Shown here in pieces: positions 9,462 to 17,312 of a stretch of DNA of 64,000 bases. The notes beneath the pieces were generated by a model. The model was not told the origin of the DNA, ran no database searches, and saw only the letters and a list, made by a program, of their open reading frames with translations. Position numbers and translations under genes: made by a program. The stretch is from Thermoanaerobaculia bacterium (lineage in GTDB: Bacteria; Acidobacteriota; Thermoanaerobaculia; UBA5066). Positions within the stretch are counted from its first letter, which is position 1. The number at the start of each line of letters is the position of its first letter. Where the stretch lies: assembly GCA_038214715.1 (NCBI GenBank), contig JBBQRP010000003.1, forward strand, positions 6,209 through 70,208, read 5' to 3'.

Positions 9462-10000
9462 GGCAGGGTTTCGACCCGGATCGCGTCGTTCGTGTAGATG
9501 TCGATGGTGGAGGCGATCCGGAGCGATTCCTTCACGATCGCCGCGGCGTCGAGCGCCGAGTGCCGGAGGAGCGCGTGGGCGGCGGCCGACGCGTACGGCC
9601 CACCGGACCCGACGGCGAGGACGCCTTCGTCGGGCGCGATGACGTCGCCCGTGCCCGAGAGGAGGAGAGACGTCTTCTCGTCCGCGACGACGAGGAGGGC
9701 TTCGAGCTGACGGAGCGTCTTCTCCGTACGCCAGTCGGTCGCGAGCTCGACGGCGGCGCGCTCGAGATGGCCGTGGAACTCCTCGAGCTTTCGCTCGAAC
9801 CGCGTGAAGAGCGTCACGGCGTCCGCGGTGGATCCCGCGAAGCCCGCGAGAACCCTTCCGCCCAGCAAGCGGCGCACCTTCGAGGCCCCGCTCTTCATGA
9901 TCGTCGTCCCCATCGTCACCTGGCCGTCCCCTCCGAGGGCGACGAGGCCGTCCTTCCTCACGCAGAGGATCGTCGTGTGCGTGAAGCGGGGACCGCCCAT
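9458..10000 (-). CDS. hslV: ATP-dependent protease subunit HslV
   Basis: [10 protein letters not shown]...GDGQVTMG...[10 protein letters not shown] matches HslV. ATG at 10000 gives an 8-residue N-terminal extension (MGGPRFTH) before the catalytic Thr-Thr. Stop overlaps hslU. Confidence 0.9.
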   Translation of the reverse strand: MGGPRFTHTTILCVRKDGLVALGGDGQVTMGTTIMKSGASKVRRLLGGRVLAGFAGSTADAVTLFTRFERKLEEFHGHLERAAVELATDWRTEKTLRQLEALLVVADEKTSLLLSGTGDVIAPDEGVLAVGSGGPYASAAAHALLRHSALDAAAIVKESLRIASTIDIYTNDAIRVETLP

Positions 10001-10019
10001 GAGAGGGAGTCTAAGCCCG

Positions 10020-10955
10020 TCAGTCCGGCTCCTCCGCGCGGGGGTGGCTCTTTCTGTAGACCTCGATGAGGCGCTCGGCGTCGAGGTGCGTATAGCGCTG
10101 CGTGGTCGAGAGGGAGGCGTGGCCGAGGAGCTCCTGGATGGAGCGCAGGTCAGCCCCGGCCGCGAGGAGATGCGTCGCGAAGGAGTGCCGGAGCGCGTGC
10201 GGGGACGCGTGGCGGGGCACCGCGGCCTCGAGGATCGCGCGGTCCAGCACGCGGCGCACGCTGCGGTCCGTGAGGCGCCCCGCTCGCGCATTCAGGAACA
10301 CGATCCCGGCGTCCCGCGTTGAAGGCTTGAACGCCGCCCGGGCCTTGAGCCAGGCCTTCAGGGCCGCCGCCGCGGGAATTCCGAACGGCACGACGCGCTC
10401 CTTGCGCCCCTTGCCGACGGTGCGCACCTGGCGCGCGGAGAGGTCCACGTCCTCGAGGCGGAGGCCGACGAGCTCGGACACGCGGAGCCCCGTCGCGTAG
10501 AGAACTTCGAGAAGGGCGTGATCCCGGAGCCCGAGCGCGCCTTCCCGGCCCTTCGTCTCGACGACGGCGGTCGCCTCGCTCACGGAGAGGGTCCGGGGCA
10601 GGGTCTTCTCGTGCCGTGGAGTCCCGACCGTCCGGGCCGGATTTCCGGCGACGCGCCCCTCGCGCTTCAGGAACGCGAAGAACGTCCTCAGGGCCGAGAG
10701 GTGGCGGCCCATCGACGTCTTCGAGACCCCCTCCGTGCGCAGGAAGGCGAGGTACGAGCGGATCGCGAGCGTGTCGACGTCGCCCGCGCGGAGCTCCGCG
10801 GGCGGCCGGTTCCAGAACACGGCAGACAGAAAGGCGGCAAAACGCGCGAGGTCCGCGCCATACGCGGCCCGCGTGTGCGGGGAGACGCGTCGCTCGTCGG
10901 CGAGATGGCCGTCGAACGCCGCGACGTCCGCGGCGAAATGCGCGCTTCTTACGAT
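10020..10955 (-). CDS. xerC: Tyrosine recombinase XerC/XerD family (chromosome dimer resolution)
   Basis: C-terminal catalytic motifs [16 protein letters not shown] and RYTHL. Conserved N-terminal core [26 protein letters not shown]. No canonical in-frame start lies between this core and the overlapping cytochrome c stop, so the 5' end is uncertain. Confidence 0.8.
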   Translation of the reverse strand: MVRSAHFAADVAAFDGHLADERRVSPHTRAAYGADLARFAAFLSAVFWNRPPAELRAGDVDTLAIRSYLAFLRTEGVSKTSMGRHLSALRTFFAFLKREGRVAGNPARTVGTPRHEKTLPRTLSVSEATAVVETKGREGALGLRDHALLEVLYATGLRVSELVGLRLEDVDLSARQVRTVGKGRKERVVPFGIPAAAALKAWLKARAAFKPSTRDAGIVFLNARAGRLTDRSVRRVLDRAILEAAVPRHASPHALRHSFATHLLAAGADLRSIQELLGHASLSTTQRYTHLDAERLIEVYRKSHPRAEEPD

Positions 10956-11293
10956 GGCTTCTTGACGAGACTCCGGACCTCGGCGGCGAGCGCCTTGATC
11001 TCGGGCTCGGTGAGCTTCTTTCCGAAGGCCGGCATCCCGTCGTGGCCCTTCGTGATCGACTTCACGATCCTGGCGTCGTCGACCGTGTCCTGCCACTTCG
11101 CGTTCGTGAGGTTCCGCGCCTTCTTCTTCCTGCCCTCTTCCGTCTGGCCCTTGCCGTCGTCTCCGTGGCACACCGAGCAGTGCGTCTGCCAGTTCTCGGA
11201 CCGCGCGTCTTCGGCCCGGACGGCGGGAGCGGGAAGGCACAGGAGCGCCGCGGCAAATCCCGGGAAGACGAGAGCAAGGATGTTCTTCTTCAC
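10949..11293 (-). CDS. Small class I c-type cytochrome (114 aa) with signal peptide
   Basis: CSVCH heme-binding motif. Signal peptide MKKNILALVFPGFAAALLCLPAPAVRA. Met ligand region KGHDGMPAF. GTG start. Confidence 0.7.
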   Translation of the reverse strand: MKKNILALVFPGFAAALLCLPAPAVRAEDARSENWQTHCSVCHGDDGKGQTEEGRKKKARNLTNAKWQDTVDDARIVKSITKGHDGMPAFGKKLTEPEIKALAAEVRSLVKKPS

Positions 11294-11320
11294 GCGGTTC
11301 CTCCCTTACGGCGGACGATT

Positions 11321-12697
11321 CTACGGGGTTTTGACGTCGCGATTCGAGGCGACCGGGGCCGGCAACGCCTCGTCGCGCCAGTGGACGACCGTCGCAAGGG
11401 CCCGGCGCACGATCTCCTGGCGGCGCTTCGCGCGGTCCCGGATCTTCGGGGAGCCCGGAACGTCTTCCTCCTCGATGAGGCCGAAGGTCACGTTCATCGG
11501 CGTGTACTCCTGCTCGCGCGGAAAGGACACGTGCTTGGCGAGGGAGCCGAGCGCGGTCGAGAACGGCAGCGGGACCGGGTCCCGGGACTCGAGGAGCTGC
11601 GCGAGCGTGATGCCGACCATGAGCCCGGTGGCGGCCGACTCGAGATAGCCCTCGACGCCCGTGAGCTGACCCGCGAAGAAGACGCGCGGATCTTTCTTCC
11701 AGCGTAGGAGCGCGTCGAGGTGCGCCGGGCCGTTGATGTACGTGTTGCGGTGCAGCATTCCGAAGCGGACGAATTCGGCCTTCTCGAGGCCCGGCAGCAT
11801 CCGGAAGATGCGCTTCTGCTCGCCCACCCGGAGCTTCGTCTGGAATCCCACGAGGTTGAAGTGCTCGCGGGCGAGATCGTCCTGGCGGAGCTGCACGACG
11901 GCGTAGGGCTCGCGGCCCGTCCGCGGGTCGGGGAGCCCGAACGGTTTCATCGGCCCGTGCCGAAGCGTCTCGATGCCGCGCTCGGCCATCGCCTCGACCG
12001 GGAGACACCCTTCGAAGTAGACAGCCTTCTCGAAGTCGTGAAACGCCACCTTCTCGCCGGCAAGAAGTTCGTTCACGAACGCTTCGTACTCCGGCCTCGA
12101 GAGCGGGACGTTCAGGTAGTCGTCCCCTCCGCCCTTGCCGTAGCGCGACAGGGCGTAGAGCTTCTCCGCGTCGAGCGACGCGAGCTCCACGATCGGCGCC
12201 ATCGCATCGTAGAAATAGAGGTATTTCTCCCCGAGGAGGGACAGGAGGGTCCTTTCGAGAGCGGGGGACGTGAGCGGGCCCGTTGCGACGACGACGTAGC
12301 CGTCGCCGCGGTCGGGCAGCTCCTCCGCCTCGGCCCTCACGAGCGTGAGGAGAGGCTCCGCGGCGAGGCGCCGCGTGACGGCCTCGGCGAAGACCGTCCG
12401 ATCAACGGCGAGCGCGTCGCCGGCCGGGACGGCGGCCTTCCGCGCTTCCTCGAGAATGAGGGACCCGATCGACTCCATCTCGCGCTTCAGGAGACCGACG
12501 GCGTTCTGCGGGTTGTCCGACCGGAAGGAGTTCGAGCAGACCATCTCGGCGAGGTGGTCCGTCGCGTGGGCGTCGGTGGTGCGCACGGGCCGCATCTCGA
12601 CGAGCGTGACGGGATGCCCGCGACGGAGCAATTGGTGCGCGCACTCGACCCCGGCGAAACCTCCGCCGATGATCGTCACCGAGGGAAGACCCGTCAT
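11321..12697 (-). CDS. trmFO: Methylenetetrahydrofolate--tRNA-(uracil-5-)-methyltransferase TrmFO (Gid)
   Basis: Near-collinear with B. subtilis Gid/TrmFO (VTIIGGGFAGVECAH, MRPV, VVQLRQDD, FFAGQLTGVEGYLESAA). Start chosen at MTGLPS by homology. The track ORF extends to 12739. Confidence 0.9.
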   Translation of the reverse strand: MTGLPSVTIIGGGFAGVECAHQLLRRGHPVTLVEMRPVRTTDAHATDHLAEMVCSNSFRSDNPQNAVGLLKREMESIGSLILEEARKAAVPAGDALAVDRTVFAEAVTRRLAAEPLLTLVRAEAEELPDRGDGYVVVATGPLTSPALERTLLSLLGEKYLYFYDAMAPIVELASLDAEKLYALSRYGKGGGDDYLNVPLSRPEYEAFVNELLAGEKVAFHDFEKAVYFEGCLPVEAMAERGIETLRHGPMKPFGLPDPRTGREPYAVVQLRQDDLAREHFNLVGFQTKLRVGEQKRIFRMLPGLEKAEFVRFGMLHRNTYINGPAHLDALLRWKKDPRVFFAGQLTGVEGYLESAATGLMVGITLAQLLESRDPVPLPFSTALGSLAKHVSFPREQEYTPMNVTFGLIEEEDVPGSPKIRDRAKRRQEIVRRALATVVHWRDEALPAPVASNRDVKTP

Positions 12698-12857
12698 ACG
12701 GGGATTCTGGGCCCCCGGAGGCTTCCCGTCGATGGGCACGCGCCTTGCGTCTTCGTCCCTCGCGACGAGGCGGCGCGTAAGAAGTTCCGATCAGCGGATC
12801 TTCCGGCGCCGTACGAGTTCATACCCGCCAGCAGCGGGCCGTTTCTGGAGGTGGTCG

Positions 12858-13277
12858 ATGAAGTCTATGGCGATGATCCGGACGAGTAAAAAAGGGTTCG
12901 CTTCTCTCTGCCTCGTTCTCGCCCTCGGAGCGGCGGCGGCGACGGGCGGGTGCGCTTCGGGCCCGAAGATCGCGGACAAGGAAGTGGGCGACGTCGAGCT
13001 CTCGATCCGTTCCGCCGAGAACGCGACAGCCACCCAGCACGCCAAGGAGCTGCTCGATCGGGCGCGAACCGCCCTGTCGGCCGCCCAGAGCGAGCGCGCC
13101 AAGGGCAACGCAGAGGCGGCCCGCGATCGGCTCGAAGAAGCCCGGTCCGCGGCCAACGCCGCCGAGAGCAAGGCCAGATCGGTGCAGGTTCTGGAGCAGG
13201 ACGCCACTCTCAAGCGCCAGATCGACGAGATCGATCGGCGGATCCGCGAGTTCAACGCCCAGGCGTCGCGGCGATAG
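12858..13277 (+). CDS. DUF4398-like helical lipoprotein (139 aa)
   Basis: ATG is preceded by GGAGGTGG. Lipobox LGAAAATGGCAS. Ala/Glu/Arg-rich helical sequence. The upstream part of the track ORF overlaps trmFO and was rejected. Confidence 0.6.
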   Translation: MKSMAMIRTSKKGFASLCLVLALGAAAATGGCASGPKIADKEVGDVELSIRSAENATATQHAKELLDRARTALSAAQSERAKGNAEAARDRLEEARSAANAAESKARSVQVLEQDATLKRQIDEIDRRIREFNAQASRR

Positions 13278-13287
13278 GAGCACGACC

Positions 13288-14466
13288 ATGAGGCACTCGA
13301 TTCTTTCTCTCCTCCGTTCCTCCCTCCTCGGGGCGGCCCCGATCGGCCTTCTGGCTCTCGCGGGGTGCGCAGGAACAAAGCCCGAGCCCCTCGAGCTCCG
13401 CGACGCGCGCCTCGCCATCCAGGACGCCCGGAGTGCGGGCGCTCAGGACGGGGCGCCCGACCTTCTCGCGGCCGCGCAGGCTCACCTGACGACCGCCGAG
13501 AACACCTTCAAGGCGTCGGGCGATGTCGACCACTCGGCTCATTACGCCCGGCTCGCCGAGATGGAGGCGCGCGACGCCCAGTACCGTGCGGTCGCGCGAA
13601 ACGCGCGGCTGTCGATCGAAGCCGCGACCAAGCGCCGTGCGGAGCTCGAGGTCGCGGTCCGCGACGCCGAGATCAAGGCCCTTGCCGCGCGCGCCCAGTC
13701 GGATTCCGAGAGGGCGCGGATCGAATCCGAGGGCCGGGCTCGCGCCGAGAGGGAGCGAATGGAAGCCGCGGGCCGCGCCCGCGACGCCGAGCAGCAGGCG
13801 GCGGACGAGCGCGTGCGGGCGCTGCAGGCGCAGCTCGACGCCGAGAGGCAGAAGACCGCCGAGCAGCAGCAGCAGGCGCAGGTGGAGTCCTTGAGGACAC
13901 AGCTCGAAGAGCAGAAGAAGGCCGCCGAAGCGACGCGCCGGACCGCCGCGGAACAGGTCGCGTCCGCCCGACAGGCGGCCGACGCCGAGCGCGCGCGTGC
14001 CGAAGAGGCCCGCCGCGACGCCGAGAATGCCGCGTCCTCCCGCGAGAAGGCCCAGTCCGAGCTTCTCGTCCGGCTCCAGGCAATCGAGCAGTCGGCCCGC
14101 GTCGAGGAGCGCGGGATCGTCCTCACGCTTCCCGGGAACATTTATTTCGACACGGGTCGTTCGGACGTGAAGGCAGGCGCCGCCGAGCGCATCGGCCGGA
14201 TCGCCGAAGCGCTCGCGGGGGCGAAGGAACGCAGGATCCTCGTCGAGGGACACACGGATTCGACCGGGAGCGTCGCGACGAACGAGAAGCTGTCGGGCCT
14301 GAGGGCCGGGGCCGTCAAGGCGATCCTCGTCGCCCGGGGAGTCTCGCCGGACCGCATCGAGACGCATGGCTACGCCGCCACGAAGCCTGTCGCGAGCAAC
14401 GCGACGTCCGCCGGACGCAGCCAGAACCGCCGCGTGGAAGTCGTCGTTCAGGGCGCCGCGCATTGA
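13288..14466 (+). CDS. OmpA-family peptidoglycan-binding lipoprotein with long coiled-coil region
   Basis: Lipobox LLALAGCAG. Long AERQ-rich coiled coil. C-terminal OmpA_C motifs (GHTDSTGS, NEKLSGLRAGAVKAIL, SQNRRVEVVV). Confidence 0.8.
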   Translation: MRHSILSLLRSSLLGAAPIGLLALAGCAGTKPEPLELRDARLAIQDARSAGAQDGAPDLLAAAQAHLTTAENTFKASGDVDHSAHYARLAEMEARDAQYRAVARNARLSIEAATKRRAELEVAVRDAEIKALAARAQSDSERARIESEGRARAERERMEAAGRARDAEQQAADERVRALQAQLDAERQKTAEQQQQAQVESLRTQLEEQKKAAEATRRTAAEQVASARQAADAERARAEEARRDAENAASSREKAQSELLVRLQAIEQSARVEERGIVLTLPGNIYFDTGRSDVKAGAAERIGRIAEALAGAKERRILVEGHTDSTGSVATNEKLSGLRAGAVKAILVARGVSPDRIETHGYAATKPVASNATSAGRSQNRRVEVVVQGAAH

Positions 14467-14537
14467 CGGGAATTCGTCCGTGACTTCAGGCGAGGCCGGC
14501 CCGGCTTTCGGGGAGCCCCGCCGCTAGACTCTTTCCC

Positions 14538-15242
14538 GTGACGTTCGAGGGCCACCTCTACGACAAGGGCTACTTCGAGGGCCTCCACAAGAGCCACTGG
14601 TTCACGAACCCGCCTCGCAAGTACGCGGAACGGAACCGCGACACGTTGCGCGTCGTCGCGCCCCGGCCGGAGGATCGCGTCCTCGAGCTCGGCTCGGCGC
14701 GCGGCGACGTCACGTTCTTCCTCGCCCGCCACGCGAAGGAGGTCGTCGGTCTCGACGCGTCCGCCGACGCGCTCGCGCTCGCCGAGCGCGCCCGCACGGA
14801 ACAGGGGATCGGGAACGTCTCGTTCGTGAAGGGCGACGTGGCGGACCTCTCGGAGTTCGGGGATTCCTCCTTCGATGCGGTCGCGGCGATCGACCTCGTC
14901 GAGCACGTCGACGACCCGACGCTCGTCGCGATGTTTCGCGAGACGCGAAGGGTTCTCAAAAGAGGCGGCCGGTTCGGGATCTACACGCCGGACCGGGCTC
15001 ATTACGTCGAACGCATGAAGGCTCACGATTTCGTCCTGAAGCAGTTTCCGCAGCACATCGCCGTGCGACGCAGGGGCGCCTACCGTGCGTTCCTTTCCGC
15101 GGCGGGGCTCGCGCTCGAGCTCGACGCGTGGTCCGTCTCGCCGTTTCCCGGCGTGCGCCTCGTCGAGCGCGCGCTCGCGCCGCTGCCGGTCGTCGGCGGG
15201 ACGTTCCGGTACCGCATCCTCATGAGGGCCGTGAAACCATGA
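14538..15242 (+). CDS. Class I SAM-dependent methyltransferase
   Basis: VLELGSARGD motif I. DLVEHVDDP. RGGRFGIYTP. Confidence 0.75.
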   Translation: MTFEGHLYDKGYFEGLHKSHWFTNPPRKYAERNRDTLRVVAPRPEDRVLELGSARGDVTFFLARHAKEVVGLDASADALALAERARTEQGIGNVSFVKGDVADLSEFGDSSFDAVAAIDLVEHVDDPTLVAMFRETRRVLKRGGRFGIYTPDRAHYVERMKAHDFVLKQFPQHIAVRRRGAYRAFLSAAGLALELDAWSVSPFPGVRLVERALAPLPVVGGTFRYRILMRAVKP

Positions 15243-15955
15243 CGGACGCGCCGGGAAAGTTCGCGCCGAACGCCGAGGTCTACGGCCGGGACTATTACGA
15301 GAGGATGTACCGGCCGAACTGGCTGCTTCGGAACCGCCGCAAGTACGAGGAGCGCGACGCGGCGCTCCTGCGCATCGTCAGGCCCGATCCGTCGGCTCGC
15401 GCCCTCGAGGTCGGCTCCGCCCGCGGCGACACGGCGTTCTTTCTCGCCCCGCGCTTCGCAGAGGTCGTCGGGATCGATGCGGCACCGGCGGCCGTCGAGA
15501 TCGCGCGAGGGGAGCAGGCGGCCCGGGGCATTCGAAACGTCCGCTTCGAGGAGGCCGACGCGAGAGACCTTTCGCGCGTGGCGTCCCGGCCTTTCGACGT
15601 CGTGCTTCTCGCCGACTTCGTCGAGCACGTCCTCGACGACGTCCTCGTCCCGTGCCTGGAGAGCGCGCACGCGGCGCTCCGGCCCGGGGGTGCCCTCGCA
15701 ATCTACACGCCGAACGCCGACCACTGGGCCGAGCGGATCAAGGCGGCCGTGCCGGGCCTTCAGCAGGAGGACCACATCGCCGTCAGGCCGGCCGCGCGCG
15801 TCGTGGCGCTCGTCGCGGCGGCGGGGTTCCGTGTGGACGACCTCTTCTTTTCCGCGAGCCCGTACCCCGTCCTCGGCGCCGTCGACCGCGTGCTCGGGAT
15901 GGTCGGCCTGTGCCGTTTCCGGACGTGTCTGAGGGCAGTACCGTCGCGCTCGTGA
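15239..15955 (+). CDS. Class I SAM-dependent methyltransferase (paralog of the upstream gene)
   Basis: ATGA overlap with the upstream gene. Same motif order as its neighbour (ALEVGSARGD, DFVEHVLDD, PGGALAIYTPN). Confidence 0.75.
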   Translation: MTDAPGKFAPNAEVYGRDYYERMYRPNWLLRNRRKYEERDAALLRIVRPDPSARALEVGSARGDTAFFLAPRFAEVVGIDAAPAAVEIARGEQAARGIRNVRFEEADARDLSRVASRPFDVVLLADFVEHVLDDVLVPCLESAHAALRPGGALAIYTPNADHWAERIKAAVPGLQQEDHIAVRPAARVVALVAAAGFRVDDLFFSASPYPVLGAVDRVLGMVGLCRFRTCLRAVPSRS

Positions 15956-15965
15956 GGGTCTCGCC

Positions 15966-16895
15966 ATGAGGGTTTCCTTCGTCACCTGCGACGTCTTCAC
16001 CGACCGCCCGTTCGCGGGCAACCCTCTCCTCGTAGTGCCGGACGCGGGCGGGATGACGACGGAACAGATGCAGCGGGTCGCGCGGGAGATCAACTACTCC
16101 GAGTCGACGTTCGTCCTCCCTTCGTCGAATCCCGCCTGCGCCTACCTCCAGAGGACGTTCGTCCCCGTGAAGGAAATCCCGTACGCGGGCCACCCGACGG
16201 TCGGGACCGCCTGCATGCTGGCCGCGATCGGGCGCCTCGAAACGGGCGCCGCAGACGGCGTATACCCCGTCACGATCGAGGTCGGCTTCGGCCCGCTCGC
16301 GCTCGAGCTCCTCAAGAAGGACGGGCGCGTCTCGCGGGTGCGGATGCAGCAGGGCCGGCCCGAATGGAAGGCGCCCGTGACGGGCGACGACGTGAAGGGG
16401 CAGATCGCGGCCGCGCTCGGGGTCCCGTTCGACGCGCTGCACCCCGACCTCCCGCCGCAGGCGGTGGGGACCGGCAACACGTTCCTCATGGTCCCGCTCC
16501 GCAGCCCGGCGGCCGTCTCCGCCGCGCTCGCCGACACGCGGCTGCTGAACCACGTCGAGAAGACGCTTTCGGTCCTCGGCCTCTTCTTCTTTTCGTTCGA
16601 CGAGGCCCCCGGCGGCTCCCGGATCCGGGCGCGCATGTTCGCGCCCGGAGCGGGGGTACCCGAGGATCCCGCGACGGGCTCGGCGGCGGGGCCGCTCGGC
16701 GTCTACCTCGCACTCCACGGCGCCGTGCCGGGCGGCGTCGCGGACGGCCGCGGCTCCTTCACAATCGACCAGGGTGTTGAGATGGGCCGGCCTTCCGAGC
16801 TCGCCGTGACGGTCCTCCTCGAGGGCGGCCGCCCGGCCGGCGTGCGCGTCGAGGGGAGCGCGGTCCTCATGATGCGCGGGGAGATCGACGTCTAG
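15966..16895 (+). CDS. PhzF-family isomerase/epimerase-like protein
   Basis: Similarity to PhzF/YddE across the whole length (FVTCDVFTDRPFAGNPLLVV, MFAPGAGVPEDPATGSAAGPLGVYL). Confidence 0.75.
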   Translation: MRVSFVTCDVFTDRPFAGNPLLVVPDAGGMTTEQMQRVAREINYSESTFVLPSSNPACAYLQRTFVPVKEIPYAGHPTVGTACMLAAIGRLETGAADGVYPVTIEVGFGPLALELLKKDGRVSRVRMQQGRPEWKAPVTGDDVKGQIAAALGVPFDALHPDLPPQAVGTGNTFLMVPLRSPAAVSAALADTRLLNHVEKTLSVLGLFFFSFDEAPGGSRIRARMFAPGAGVPEDPATGSAAGPLGVYLALHGAVPGGVADGRGSFTIDQGVEMGRPSELAVTVLLEGGRPAGVRVEGSAVLMMRGEIDV

Positions 16896-17312
16896 CTCGC
16901 CACCGCCTCCCGCTCACGCCGCCGGCCGGCGACGCCGGCCTTTACGCGACGGTGGACGACCTCCTCGCGTGGAGCCGCGCGATGGACGGAGGCGCGCTCG
17001 TCCCGAAAAACGAGGCCGCCGAGGTCTTCGCGCCCGGACTCGAGAACTACGGGTACGGCTGGTTCGTCGGCGAGGGCTGGAAGCGGCGCCGCTTCCGGCA
17101 CAGCGGCAGCCTGCCCGGATACACGTCGGATCTCGTGAAGTTCCCGGACGCGGGGATCACGCTCGTCTTTCTCTGCAATCTCGACCGCGCGCGTCTCTCG
17201 GCGATCGTGAGAGACGTCTCGGCCTGTCGGCGGAGCTGAAGGGCCGGTACACCGCGGGATTGATTCCGCTGTCGAAGACCCTCTTCTACTTTCCGCTGGG
17301 CGACGGGACGGT
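16896..17312 (+). pseudogene. 3' remnant of a beta-lactamase-family serine hydrolase gene (C-terminal fragment with frameshift)
   Basis: PAGDAGLYATVDDLLAWSRAM...YGYGWFV...HSGSLPGYTS...VFLCN matches the C-terminal third of class C beta-lactamase/PBP-like hydrolases. There is no N-terminal catalytic SxxK part. The frame shifts near 17225 into a DUF3471-like tail that runs into the topA 3' end. Confidence 0.5.

Noticed and set aside
10020-10955. Tyrosine recombinase as a marker of a prophage or integrative element
   Set aside because: It sits in the conserved housekeeping context trmFO-xerC-hslV-hslU and has XerC/XerD-type motifs. No phage or transposon genes flank it.
12697-12739. Longer N-terminus (MPIDGKPPGAQNPR...) for trmFO
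   Set aside because: Alignment to B. subtilis TrmFO puts the start at MTGLPSVTIIGGG. The 14 extra residues have no counterpart. They are kept only as an alternative.
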